Below, in pieces: positions 23,624 to 35,818 of a stretch of 64,000 nucleotides of DNA. Position 1 is the first letter of the stretch; every line of letters begins with the position of its first letter. The notes below the pieces were generated by a model. The model was not told the DNA's origin. It saw only the letters and a list, made by a program, of their open reading frames with translations, and did not search any database. Both the position numbers and the translations under genes were made by a program. This DNA is from Octopus bimaculoides (taxonomy: Eukaryota), in NCBI RefSeq assembly GCF_001194135.2, contig NC_068998.1, positions 8,603,651-8,667,650 on the forward strand. The letters run 5' to 3'.

Positions 23624-23905
23624 AGTCGGGCATCCGCTCTACTGCCTCCTTTGTAAGTCATAGGTCAGGGCCTGTTTCGTAATACAGGATATTGGCTCCC
23701 TTAAGATGTGATTAATCCATCGCCTCTTTCGCTTCAGGATCTGTTCTTCCACTGGCACTTGACTTCTTTTTGCCATAGCACTTCATTTCTTGTCTTTTTT
23801 GGCCATCTAAATATGTCGATTCTATTTCCATCTCGGAAGCAAAAATACAAAATATTCCACGTAAAATTCAACTTCGACAGGGTTTGGTGTCTGGTCCTTT
23901 GAAAT
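23624..23905 (-). pseudogene. RTE-clade LINE ORF2 C-terminal remnant
   Basis: Frameshifted translation IFRWPKKTRNEVLWQK / QVPVEEQILKRKRRWINHILREPISCITKQALTYDLQ matches the RTE pattern W...ISN..LW.RT.Q.PVE..I..R.W.WIGH.LR....CIT.QAL.W.P.G.R.RGRP. Confidence 0.75.
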
Positions 23906-23914
23906 TCATTCATA

Positions 23915-24292
23915 GCGTGGCTGTGTCGTATGAAGCTTGCTTCACAGCCACATGATCCCGAGTTCAGTCCCAATGCGTAGCACCTTGGCCAAGTGTCTTC
24001 TACTATAGTCACAGGTCAACCAAAGCCTTGTGAGTGGATATGGTAGACGGAAACTGAAAGAAGACCACCGTACATGTGTGTGTCTTTGTGTTTGTTCTTA
24101 CCACAGCTTGGGAATCGGTACTAGTCTGCGTACGTACCAGAAACCTAACATTTCGGCAAAAAGAGACCAATAGTATAATTACTAGGCTAGAAAATATGTG
24201 TCCTAGGGTTGGTTTGTTCGAGTAAAGTTCTTCAAAGCGTTGCTCCAGCATGGCCGCAATCAAATAACTGAGACAAGTAAAAGGTAAAAGAT
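23915..24292 (+). mobile_element. SINE family B/C, full length
   Basis: tRNA-like head gtggctgtgtcgta...gagttcagtccc, CORE-like gcaccttggccaagtgtcttc, microsatellite linker and tail ending ccagcatggccgca...gagacaagtaaaag. Confidence 0.85.
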
Positions 24293-24766
24293 ATACTTCG
24301 ATTTTACTTTTATTCGGAGTTAAAAATCGATCCTAAAGAGTAAGGTGCCCTAAACGATGTTACAAGTGAACAGACTTGTATATGTCTTTTAAAGATTTCA
24401 CCTGATGATCATCTGAATTTTATAAGCTTTATGTTCTCACTAATCATTATTATTAGCGATTTTAATAATGTTTTCGGATTTATGTATCGTATATCAAGAT
24501 TGAGATTCAGATATATAAAACAAAAAATACGTGAATATCACACACGCACACATATATATATGTATTTATAAATTTACAAATTTACGCAGAATTTTATCAA
24601 TATATATATATATATATATATATATAATGATTGTCACTCCTTTTCAATGCTAAATGGATACAAGTTAAATCTCTTGCTAGGTATTAAATTACTAAATAAA
24701 TGTGATATGAAACGAGTGACGCATACAGAAAGACGTATGTGAAATATGGATGTGTATATATATCAT

Positions 24767-24803
<37 letters not shown>

Positions 24804-24877
24804 NNNNNNNNNNNNNNNNNNNNNNNNNNNNNNNNNNNNNNNNNNNNNNNNNNNNNNNNATATATATATATATATAT

Positions 24878-24918
<41 letters not shown>

Positions 24919-26622
24919 CATATAGTATGCGCGTGTATACAGATATATTCGTAAGTTTATGTATATGCATCTATTGATATATGCTTTTATACATAATTAA
25001 ATGCATGAACATTTATATATACATACAGGTATGTGCTTTTAGAGAGAGAGAGAGAGGGGGGGAGAGAGTAAAAGAGAGAGAGTGTGATTAGCAAAGACTT
25101 TAGGACGAAAGAATATGATTGGCCATAAGATATTTTGATATCTATCAAAACACTAGTATTTTACATTTACATTTTAATGTTTGCATATTTATATGTAATC
25201 AATATTAATTTACAATAAATTGATATAAATATGATTCTTTACAAATGTCTGTACTTTCTTTTGCATTCTTTCTCTTACCGTTTTTCCCTTTAATTCCATC
25301 TCTGAGTTTTTCCCCGCATCACCAATCTTCGTTCTGTATTTTTCCCCCACATCATTTTATAGCGGATTCTCGTTTTCTAAATTCTTCGTATTCATTTTCC
25401 ACCCACAATTTTAAAATTATATCTCATTTCACCCAAAGTTGTAATACATTATTCTTATTTCTATAAATTAAAAAAAAATTCAATTTCATAACTTTTATTA
25501 ATAATGATTTTTCGATTTCTTTTTGAAAATAAAATAATACTTCCTTCTTTACTTGCTCTTTTACTATCATCATCAGCAAAATTATTATTACTCTTATTAT
25601 TATCATTATTATTATTACTTACGATAATCTCTTTAGTTCTTTCTTCTTTTATTATTCTAGTTATTAAGATTTATTAAACAGTTTTCCTTTTCTTATAAAT
25701 TCAAGAATATTTCTTGCTACATACGTTCCTATACAATTAAATTATATTAATATTTCGATTCTCATACTCATTCAATAACAACAAAAACCAAACAAGCAAG
25801 ACTTCATTGTGTTGTCTTAATCTTTACTATTCATATTTGCTTTTATTCCCATCCCTTTACTTCCCAAGCTTTTCAAACCGCTCGTTCACCAAGAGATTGT
25901 CTGACTTTTTATTTCGTTTGTCATTTCTACATATATATTCTCTCTTTCCATCTCTCTAACTCTCTCTCACTATTTCTTCCTTTCTTCTCCCTGTCTCTTT
26001 CTCTATTGCTTACGATTAGTTTCTTATCAACATACACAGCATTCATTAATTCATTGTATGTGAAGTTTCACTGATGACAGAATGGTCTCTACGCTTGCAT
26101 AGCAACCTATATATTTCCCTCGACACAGTGATTATTGGATTGCAAAATCAAGTTCATGGTTCCGAAGTTAAGACAAAGTTAATTTACTTTTTCTCTAACC
26201 ATATCAAGAAACATTATTCTTGCCTACCTCAAACTGAAAACACGTACAGTTCTATAACTAACATACTGAATTGCTAAACAAAAGTCTAAGCACTAGGCTG
26301 TTTCTGTAGGCCAATCACACTCACCAGCTTGCTTCTAATTAAACATAGGTACTAATCTCAATAATGCTTATATGGTTATTATAATGTCTGGTGCTGTTTA
26401 CTCTAATACTGTCCCTCATCAACTTGATTCACAATAAGAACAAGTGGTTTAGACTACATCAACATCGAGCGTGTTTATAGTATTTAGATATGTGTATAGT
26501 ATTTATAAATGCATCGCAAACAACGTTAAATTGAATGGACCTACGTAGGCTCTCAAAGATGGTAATTTCAGTTGTTCGATCAATTGAATTACCAGCTCAG
26601 TGACTTCGATCCTATTCTCGCG

Positions 26623-26665
<43 letters not shown>

Positions 26666-27229
26666 NNNNNNNNNNNNNNNNNNNNNNNNNNNNNNNNNNN
26701 NNNNNNNNNNNNNNNNNNNNNNNNNNNNNNNNNNNNNNNNNNNNNNNNNNNNNNNNNNNNNNNNNNNNNNNNNNNNNNNNNNNNNNNNNNNNNNNNNNNN
26801 NNNNNNNNNNNNNNNNNNNNNNNNNNNNNNNNNNNNNNNNNNNNNNNNNNNNNNNNNNNNNNNNNNNNNNNNNNNNNNNNNNNNNNNNNNNNNNNNNNNN
26901 NNNNNNNNNNNNNNNNNNNNNNNNNNNNNNNNNNNNNNNNNNNNNNNNNNNNNNNNNNNNNNNNNNNNNNNNNNNNNNNNNNNNNNNNNNNNNNNNNNNN
27001 NNNNNNNNNNNNNNNNNNNNNNNNNNNNNNNNNNNNNNNNNNNNNNNNNNNNNNNNNNNNNNNNNNNNNNNNNNNNNNNNNNNNNNNNNNNNNNNNNNNN
27101 NNNNNNNNNNNNNNNNNNNNNNNNNNNNNNNNNNNNNNNNNNNNNNNNNNNNNNNNNNNNNNNNNNNNNNNNNNNNNNNNNNNNNNNNNNNNNNNNNNNN
27201 NNNNNNNNNNNNNNNNNNNNNNNNNNNNN

Positions 27230-27405
27230 AAATATTCAAGGGAAATAACTGAACGATTTACCAGTATTATCCGTTTTCTTCTAGCTGTTTATAAATAAAG
27301 CATACCCTAACCCTAATGTCAATCAAATCACGTGTGTGGTTTATTTATAAACAGAGATGTACGGAGAATACTGGTAAGACGTTCAGTTACTTCCCTTGAA
27401 TATTT
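27230..27405. mobile_element. Foldback MITE with 44-bp TIRs
   Basis: Arms 27231-27274 and 27361-27404 match at 40 of 44 positions. Inner inverted repeat ctgtttataaataaa / tttatttataaacag. The loop contains ccctaaccctaa. The left end abuts a gap. Confidence 0.75.
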
Positions 27406-27431
27406 TTATTTATCCCCCTAAACTTGAAGAT

Positions 27432-27465
<34 letters not shown>

Positions 27466-27490
27466 AGAGAGAGAGAGAGACTGACAGACA

Positions 27491-27710
27491 GGCAGTGAGC
27501 TAGCAAAAATGTTAGCAGGCCGGGTGAAATGCTCAGTGGTAGTTCGTCTGTCGTTATGTCCTGAGTTCAAATTCCACCGAGGTCGACTTTGTCTGTCATC
27601 CTTTCAGAAGTACCAGTTACGCACTGAGTCGATATAATTGACTTGATCCCTTTGTCTGTCCTTGTTTATCTCCTCTATGGTTAGCCCCTCGTGGACAATA
27701 AAGAAATAAG
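27491..27710 (+). mobile_element. SINE family A with alternative tail ending aataaagaaataag
   Basis: Family A head and core plus tail ttgtctgtccttgtttatctcctct...gcccctcgtggacaataaagaaat. Confidence 0.85.
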
Positions 27711-27719
27711 AAACGCTTG

Positions 27720-29431
27720 ACGTTGTTTTTGAGTAGAAAGTGTTTACGCTCCATGCGAGTCCTGTTATTTGTTGAATTATTGCTATTACATGAATTTGGA
27801 ATTCTTATTTGTCCTCCCCATTTATGGGCGAAGTTGTGATGAACATTATGGAGAATAGACAAATGCAAACAGGCAATTATGCTACGGTGACTGGCAAACG
27901 CCTGTCAGTGGAGCTACTGCAGGTCCGTGAAATAGAAGTCGAAGACTTCAAGAAATACAACACCTTGTTGAGAAAGGAGAGGGACAGTCTCAGACTGACG
28001 CCTCCCAAGGAAGTTATTTAGAATACGGAAAAGAGAACTATCATATATAGAACGCTAAACGTAGCGTCGAAGAAAGTAGAGACAGCAGCCGTAGAAGCGG
28101 TAGAGGAATATTTGAAAGAGGTGAAAGAATCGTCTACGTTCTATACCAGAGGACGGGAGTTCGGCACGGTGGAGGTGTGCTTTGTAAACGAAAATGAAGC
28201 AAAGAAGTACTCGACTGTAGTCTTGAAATCAGCGGAGTGGACACTACTACCTACTTACTGTGGCAAACGTGCGGCCAGAGTAAGTATAGGTAGAGTACCC
28301 CCTGAACTTGACGTGGCATGGCTAGTAGCAGCCATCATCTATCATACAGAGGAAGAAGCAGAAGTTTTTAAAATGTCAGACTACGGAGGTGAACTGATGG
28401 GTATATGGGCTCAACGTAATAATCCATATAAGCCTGCCAGACCTCCATAAGATTACGGAAGAGCTGGTGTTGCCAGACGAGACCAGATTAAGGATTGTCC
28501 TGGAGGGTAGACCTCCAGTATGTTTTGCGTGTGGAGTGCAGGGGACACATGGGGGCCAAGTGTCCCCAGAAACACGAGGAGGAAATAATAGAAACAGAAA
28601 TTCAAGAAGAGAGTACAGCTGTAGCAGAGGAGAAAATGGACGAGGAATTTACGGTGGTGAAAAGATAAAAGAATTTAGAATCACCATCTACAAGCCCCAA
28701 GGAGAGAAAAAGAAAAACTAACGAGAAATAGAACAAGAAAGAAAAGAAGAAAAATGGAAAATTAAATGAAATATCAAGTGAAATGCGAACTCAGAAACCG
28801 TTGCCTTCAACCAGTAAGGAAGAAGGAATCCGACAGAAGAATAAAAACGAAAGAGACAGCGAATTTGAGTCAGAGAAAATTGTGTCGGACGAAGAGAGTG
28901 GTGAAAAATATCAGAGAAAGATACCTACAGGGAGAAATTTACGAAACCTCGTAGAATACGAAAACAGTGTTGAAATCGAAAAGAGGTTATCAAAGATGAA
29001 AAATGTTATCAGAGTGAAATTGGCAAACTCAGAACGTAAGAAGAGCGTGCTATTGGCGAAAAAGGAGAGAAATTAGTAGAACTGTTTGGAAAAAAGAGTT
29101 GTAATATCACCACTTCAGTTTAGATACGACGATTTGCAGCCTGTTGTAATTTTCGACGACCTTATGCAATATTTGTTGTAATTGTGTTTTTTTTTTAAAA
29201 AGGGGGAAAATACACATGACTGTAAAGTGAACTGTAATTTAAAAGAACAGTAAAATGAAACTACTTACTTTGNNNNNNNNNNNNNNNNNNNNNNNNNNNN
29301 NNNNNNNNNGGGGGGGGGTCGAGCAAGCCTTTTCATCCTCATTTTTTTTATCATAATCCATTCGATATGTGTCTTGTCTGTCCTTGTGGTGTCGCCTCTT
29401 TATAAAGGTCACGTGCCTAAATAAAAGAAAT
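27720..29431 (+). mobile_element. L1/Tx1-like non-LTR element retaining only a decayed ORF1
   Basis: Purine-rich gag-like ORF pieces, a T-rich 3'UTR-like segment (29095-29270) and an AATAAA-containing end. No RT or endonuclease visible; a 37-N gap at 29273-29309 hides part of it. Confidence 0.6.
27848..29076 (+). pseudogene. Frameshifted gag-like ORF1 with a CCHC zinc knuckle
   Basis: ORF pieces MENRQMQTGNYATVTGK..., ...AARVSIGRVPPELDVAWLVAA... and LPDETRLRIVLEGRPPVCFACG. Removing one G at 28541-28544 gives CFACGVQGHMGAKCP (CX2CX4HX4C, 28521-28563), followed by a K/E/R-rich tail. Confidence 0.75.
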
Positions 29432-29444
29432 CGTGCTGGCGGAA

Positions 29445-29621
29445 ACGGTGTTTCGTCTGTCTTTACGTTCTGAGTTCAAATTCCGCCGAAGTCGACTTTG
29501 TCTTTCATTTTTTTCGGAGTCGATAAATTAAGTACCAATTGTGTACTGGGAATGATGTAATCGACTGGCCCCCACCTCCCCTAAAATTTCGGGCCTTGTG
29601 CCTAGAGTAGAAAAGAATATT
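29445..29621 (+). mobile_element. SINE family A (5'-truncated), tail gggccttgtgcctagagtagaaaag
   Basis: High similarity to 5782-5961 and 54483-54650. Confidence 0.9.
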
Positions 29622-30145
29622 CAGTACAGTTTATGTCTGCTTAGTCTTAATCACAAGGATTCGATTCACCCGGGGTAATGGTAAAAACCACTCGCCGCCC
29701 AAGTCGATTCGCAATGGACTAGTTCCAACAGTAGTTTAAAACTTCCAAAAGTTGCCTCAAATCTTACAGACAACGTGTTAGGTTTCACCAAATCAACCAC
29801 CTTGGAATGAATTCATAAGTAATGGACATGGGGGCGAAATATTTCAGTTTATTGCTCCGCCAACCGAACGTCATTGTAGACTTCGGAGAAATTGGAACTC
29901 AGAAAATGAAGATTTAGAACAAATGCTACATTTCTTTTTTCTTTTATTTCAACGCTCTTGCGATTCTGTCAAGTTTTATAAGAAATATAAATTTATTGAT
30001 AGATGCAAAAATAAATGACAAACTAACAGACCGACAGACAGACAGCTCTGACACGCAGAATTTTTTCTTCCTGCTGTCTTCGTGATGTTGTTAGATATAT
30101 TGAATGAATAAATAATTAGATAATTGAATAGGAAATGAGGTCTCA

Positions 30146-30282
30146 GCATGGCTGTGAGTAAAAAGAAATTCACCTCTCATAACCATTTGCTTTCGGGTTC
30201 AATTCCACTGTGCACTACTTTGGGCAAGTATTTTCTAACGCCGATACAATACTTCGTGAGTGAATTTGGCAGACGGAAAAAG
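30146..30282 (+). mobile_element. SINE family B head and core
   Basis: gcatggctgtgagtaa...cgggttcaattccactg...tttgggcaagt...gtgagtgaatttggcagacggaaa. Confidence 0.75.
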
Positions 30283-30529
30283 GGGATCTTTTCCTTTTGG
30301 CCGGCACATAGAAAAAATATTTTTTTGTAACTAAACACTTTCAAATTCCGTATACTGGTACAATGTATCATTTAAAACATCATTTACTCTTGGCATTCTT
30401 AAGAAAATTCTTCATTTTCGAAGTTATTTCGTGTTAAAGTTGTCGTATTTCGGTAATTTCAACCAATCAATGACGTCTATTGAGGTGAAAACAATTACTG
30501 CTGTGGTTTGTCAACAAGACGTTCTGGCG

Positions 30530-30695
30530 TTACTTTGTTTAAGTCCCTATAAATTAGCGGCTCAGCAAAGGAAACCGATAGAATAAGTACCCAGACAGGA
30601 AAAGAAATACTGGGGTCGATTCCTTCGACTAAATCCTTGAAGACGGAACCCCAGCATGGCCGCGGTCCAACAAATTAAACAAGTAAAAAAACGAA
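30530..30695 (+). mobile_element. SINE family B/C tail
   Basis: ttagcggctcagcaa...ccgatagaataagtac...ctggggtcgatt...ccagcatggccgcgg...aaacaagtaaaa. Confidence 0.75.
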
Positions 30696-32925
30696 AATAT
30701 ATATTGATTATTATCATAAACAGCAACATTCTTTTTTCTTTTTTTGATATGAATAAATTAGGAATTTATATTCAAAAGAAGAAGAAACAAAAGTATGAAT
30801 TTGTATTTAACAGAGGAGCATCGACAATGCAAGAATCTCTAGATATTTCATTATGCGAGTCTAAATTACTATTATTTTCAATACATTCTTTTTTTTTCTA
30901 TTACTGTTACCCATTCAAATAGGATGTTTTCACTTGGGACCTATGCTGCTAAGAGCTGTTTTTTTCATTGTCACTTTATACCTCACACCTAGTTTCTCTC
31001 TACTAACAATGAAAAATAATAGCTCGGCGTCTATTAATCACCATCATTCTTTTCCATTGCATTCTCAAACTTGCCACTGGACATCCACATTTGTCTTTAT
31101 TATGTCCCTTGTCTTTGGCTGTTGCTGTTGTTTTTGGTGGTGATGGTGGCGTTGATGGTGGTGGTGGTAATGTGTTACTGCCGAGTTTGTTGTTATGTTT
31201 TCTTTATTTTGTTGTATTTTGTTTGTTTTATAAATAACTTTCTCATTTGTACTCATAAGTCTCTTATTTTCATTTTTTTCTTTCTTGTTTTGTCTTGTTT
31301 TTTTTCTTCTTCTTAGTTTTTTTTCTTTTGTTATTCCATTCTTTCAATGGCATCTAAGATGTCGAACCAACTACAGAAGATGGAATATTGTATTAGGAAG
31401 AGCAAAATATATATATATATATATATATACAGCGCATAAATTGAATACATCATTTTTTTTTTNNNNNNNNNNNNNNNNNNNNNNNNNNNNNNNNNNNNNN
31501 NNNNNNNNNNNNNNNNNNNNNNNNNNNNNNNNNNNNNNNNNNNNNNNNNNNNNNNNNNNNNNNNNNNNNNNNNNNNNNNNNNNNNNNNNNNNNNNNNNNN
31601 NNNNNNNNNNNNNNNNNNNNNNNNNNNNNNNNNNNNNNNNNNNNNNNNNNNNNNNNNNNNNNNNNNNNNNNNNNNNNNNNNNNNNNNNNNNNNNNNNNNN
31701 NNNNNNNNNNNNNNNNNNNNNNNNNNNNNNNNNNNTATATATATATATATATATATATATATCTATATATATATATATACAGCATGCCTCTACGCATTTG
31801 TGTATGTGTCTGTGTGTTTCTAGAGTGTTGTGAAAGGATTGATGGTGGGTTTAATGAATTTCATGAAATTCAATAGCCTCGTTCAGCACCACCAAATTCT
31901 GCAAAAATAATTCAGTATTTTAGCAAACAAAACCAAACCAACGAACAAACAAACAAAAGAAAAACAATGCAAAGACAAATATAATAAACATAAATAAGGA
32001 ATACTCAAATAGCTGTTGCTCTTGATACATTCTGATATGATTATCGTGAATAATGATGAATGATGACAGCGAAAACGAAAAAACGAAACATAATAGACAA
32101 AATAAAACAATAAATTATATTTACCATAATTGGATTATATATTTTATTCTGTGGTAGTTCAGCTCGGTCATGGAACTAGAAAAAGCTCAGGGGGGATATG
32201 AGACTGCGAGGAGGATTAAATCCAGAATACTTCCTATTATTCAGATCTCAATTATGTGAGAGCAGATTATTAAGAGATGAGAATATTTTCTATGCACTTT
32301 CTATCCATTGTTACTTTTTTCTAATAGTCGTATTTTTTTTTCTGGTTAGACACAAGCAATACGCTGGATATTATTACATCTTGTTGCATATTTCCATTTC
32401 CGATGAATTCAATCTGACCACGATATGCAACAGGGGTCAGATATTGTCAGGAAGATATGCAGCATCTTTCAAATACCTGTTTTATACTTGTTTTTATTTA
32501 CCACCCTGGGACAGCTCTCATCGAACAGGTCCTTGTTCAAATCTGTGATCAAAGATAATGTTCATGGCTAACACGTTCTTCTTTTCACGAATACAGTCAT
32601 GACTTTCTCGTCTGTCCTCTCAAACATCATCTATTTAGAGCAGTCACAGTCAAGCTACAATCCACGGAACGCCAAGAATAAATTACCTCGAAATTTGTTA
32701 GCAATGTGACTCACTTAATGATGAGCCATATCTCATACGGCCCACTGCTCTAACGTTTTGCCTTTACCTGGTGCAGGATAATATCAGTCACTGTGAGCTT
32801 TCCATCCTATTGTCCTTGTGTGGAAGGTTTGCTTGTTGTTTGTTGCACATCGAACGTCTTGGTGCATGTTTCCTTGGTGCATGTTTAATATATATCAATA
32901 TGTTTAAAGTATATCGGTAATATAG

Positions 32926-32960
32926 AAAAAGAACGTTTCGGGCTTAAACACTTTATCACG
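32926..32960 (-). other. Decayed hammerhead-like motif
   Basis: The minus strand reads cgtgataa-agtgt-ttaa-gccc-gaaacgttc, an apparent relic of ctgatga-agggc-ttaa-gccc-gaaacgtt. Confidence 0.35.
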
Positions 32961-33070
32961 TTTGAATAGGGTGAAGGTAAGAATTTAGTGAAATGCAAAT
33001 AATCAAAAGGAATGAGGTAATAGTCTATTTTTGTGTGAATGTATGTATATAATATATACATATATATGTC

Positions 33071-33071
33071 T

Positions 33072-33153
<82 letters not shown>
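33071..33153. repeat. (GT)n microsatellite
   Basis: Seen directly. Confidence 0.95.
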
Positions 33154-33155
<2 letters not shown>

Positions 33156-33165
33156 AATAACATTT

Positions 33166-33298
33166 GAGGGAGAGGTTTAATTGATTACTTTATTTGATCG
33201 ACCTCAGATTGATGAAAGGCAAAGTCGACTATCGGGGGATCTGAACTCACATTGTAATGAGACTTAACAAATACCCAAAGGTATTTTCCCCGTGCAGG
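33166..33298 (-). mobile_element. SINE family A fragment
   Basis: gatgaaaggcaaagtcgac...gatctgaactc is the reverse complement of the A core. Confidence 0.75.
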
Positions 33299-33719
33299 AA
33301 ATCTATTTAATTGCAGCTTAACTATTTAATTCCTAAGTTTAAAACAAATTCTTCCAAATTCTATTTGTGCAAATGCAAATTTTACCTGCTCTTCCGAACA
33401 CGATGTGCACAACCAGTTCTGTCTCCCTGTCTGTCTCTGTTCCTTTGGGTATAATATTGAGAATTATTTTTTTTGTCCCTTTTTCTGTCTTTTTTTTTCT
33501 TTTCTTTTAAGATCGAAAATAAAATGGATATCTTCAGTAGACAAATGTTATCACCATTAATCCCAAAAGAGGGACATTAAATTGCTCTACAAGATAAATG
33601 TAAATTAATCATCCGATAAAATTAATTTTCAATAAATTATGGGAGAAATAAATAGCTTAGCTTAAGAAACAAATAGCTTAGAAGTTCCCATTTTGCTTTT
33701 TGCATTTTATGTCTTTTAG

Positions 33720-34075
33720 TCATGAAAGTGAGGCAATACTGGGGCACTGCCTTGAAGAATTCTACTGGAATGAATGGAATCCAGTATCTATTAAGCCTTG
33801 TACTTGTTCTTAGGCCTATTTTAACGAACCGCTACGTTATGGGGAGTTAACATACCAGCACCAGTTGTCAAATGATGGTGGGAGACAAACACGCACGCAG
33901 CGCATAGAGTAAAACGCACACATGTATATATATTTGTGTGTGTGTGCATACGTTTGTATGTGTATACAACGGGCTTCTTTCAGTTTCCGTCTACCAAATC
34001 CACTCGCAAGGCTTTGGTCGGCCCGAAGTCACTCGCCCAAGGTTCCACGCAGTGGGACTGAACCCGGAACTATGG
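33720..34075 (-). mobile_element. SINE family B/C, near full length
   Basis: Tail aacgaaccgctacgttatgggg..., linker, core gggcttctttcagtttccgtctaccaaatccactc and head gggactgaacccggaac. Confidence 0.85.
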
Positions 34076-34095
34076 CCCTTCGCATCACCAAGAAT

Positions 34096-34312
34096 ACACA
34101 CATGCATACATACGTACATGCATACATGCATACATACATATTTATATACATACATGCATACATATACATACATACATGCATACATACATACATGCATACA
34201 TGTATACATACATACATGCATACAAACATACATGCATACATACATGCATTCATACATGCATACATATATGCATACACACACACACACATACATACATACA
34301 TACATACATACC
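34096..34312. repeat. (TACA/TGCA)n array
   Basis: Seen directly; source of the HTY/MYV ORFs. Confidence 0.95.
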
Positions 34313-35379
34313 CTGTTGTTGATGTTGAAATTCAAGGGTATGTATGTATGTATGTTTCTTTCGTTATTGGCAAGAAATCTTGAAATAAACTGAATAATGA
34401 GAAACGTACTTGCATACAGGCTTACACAAAGACACCAAGTTTCTGAATAATTTGATGATAGTAAACTAAAAATAAAAGTATATTGTATAACGCAGTTATA
34501 GTTATCCGTGATTCCGCCATGGATATTATCCGCTGGTGACATCTAATATAAATTGATTGACATTGCTAACGTGACAGGGTTTTTGCACTGCACATCTTTT
34601 CCTCTCGTTCGCCATTGTGAAGGAGGAAGTTGGCAACAGTTCGACTCACAACTGTGTAGTACATTTCAAGGTATAAATATTTCTAACGCAATTCTCGGTT
34701 CTCAATTCTATGACAGGAGCGTAGAGACATCACTGTTTCTATAACTTTGCTTTGAATGCATCTGGTTACGTTAATGTTATGAGATCGGACAATCAATAAA
34801 TTGACCGTCTTCAGTACAGGAGACCTGCAGCATTCATTTATTGCGTTGAATCCAACTTGGTTGCTTATCTCCTTATTTCTAATGCAGCAAACGCCAGAAT
34901 ATACAGCCATGTCCAAAATTTACAAACAGCTTCGAGGCAATGACTGTGAGGGCTACATCTACATGGCTGTTCGATTTGCAAGATGTAGTGCCCATAACTC
35001 CATTAAATCGCAATACGATGTTGCATAATACAAGGAACACGTGCGAAGATGAGTTTCCGCGCAGACGTTACATGAAACAAAAGTCAATTTCTTTATTCAC
35101 CATATAAGGCTAAGAAAAAGAGGCGACGATACATGGACAGGCAAAACAAACATTGAGGTCACGGGATCGAATGGGACGAAACGTACGAATAAATAGTTTT
35201 AAATATATACAATAACATGCGAATGAATGTATAAAGACAAAACAAAGCGGAGGACGCAGTCGACCACATAAACCACATTCTCACACTGAAGACTGTTTTT
35301 GTTTTCCTTCTTTTGTTCTTGTTGAAACAGGTTCTTTCATTCGCAATACACCTGCTACAGACACACGAAACAAAAGTCA

Positions 35380-35818
35380 AAAGCATTCTAACAGCAGAAA
35401 GCCCTTTTATAAACCTATCCCCATCAAAACTGTGCCAGTATGCCTTCCTAAAAAAAGGGTTAACGTTTTACCCAATGAAGGAATTGAAACCACAATCTTA
35501 CGATCATGAGTCCAACACTCTAATCACTAAGCACTGCGCCTACACGTATGTGTTTGTATGCATGTACGTATGTGGTTGTATGTATGTATGTACGTATGTA
35601 TGTATGTATGTATGTACGTATGTATGTATGTATGTATGTATGAATGTATATTTGAGGTCACGGGCTTCCTTCCTCTTCACGATAACAAATAGAAGCATCC
35701 TAACAACAGAACACACATTTATAAATCTACTCCCATCAAAATGGAAATACTTAATGAAGACAAGAGGATAAAACGGTGCCAGCATGCTTTCCTAAAAAAA
35801 AAGGGGGTTAATGTTTCA
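35380..35818 (+). repeat. Diverged local direct repeat (35380-35470 and 35692-35818)
   Basis: aagcattctaacagcagaa...tttataaacctatccccatcaaaac-tgtgccagtatgccttcctaaaaaaagggttaacgttt recurs about 310 bp later with a ~32-bp insertion. Confidence 0.75.
35477..35540 (-). mobile_element. tRNA-like SINE head (family D-related)
   Basis: Reverse complement ggcgcagtgcttagtgattagagtgttggactcatgatcgtaagattgtggtttcaattcc, with degenerate A and B boxes. Confidence 0.7.

Noticed and set aside
27305-27316. Telomeric array
   Set aside because: Only two CCCTAA units, inside a MITE loop.
34780-35030. Possible Tc1 transposase N-terminal relic (RTINKL..., AVRFAR)
   Set aside because: The similarity is too short, and no TIRs were found.
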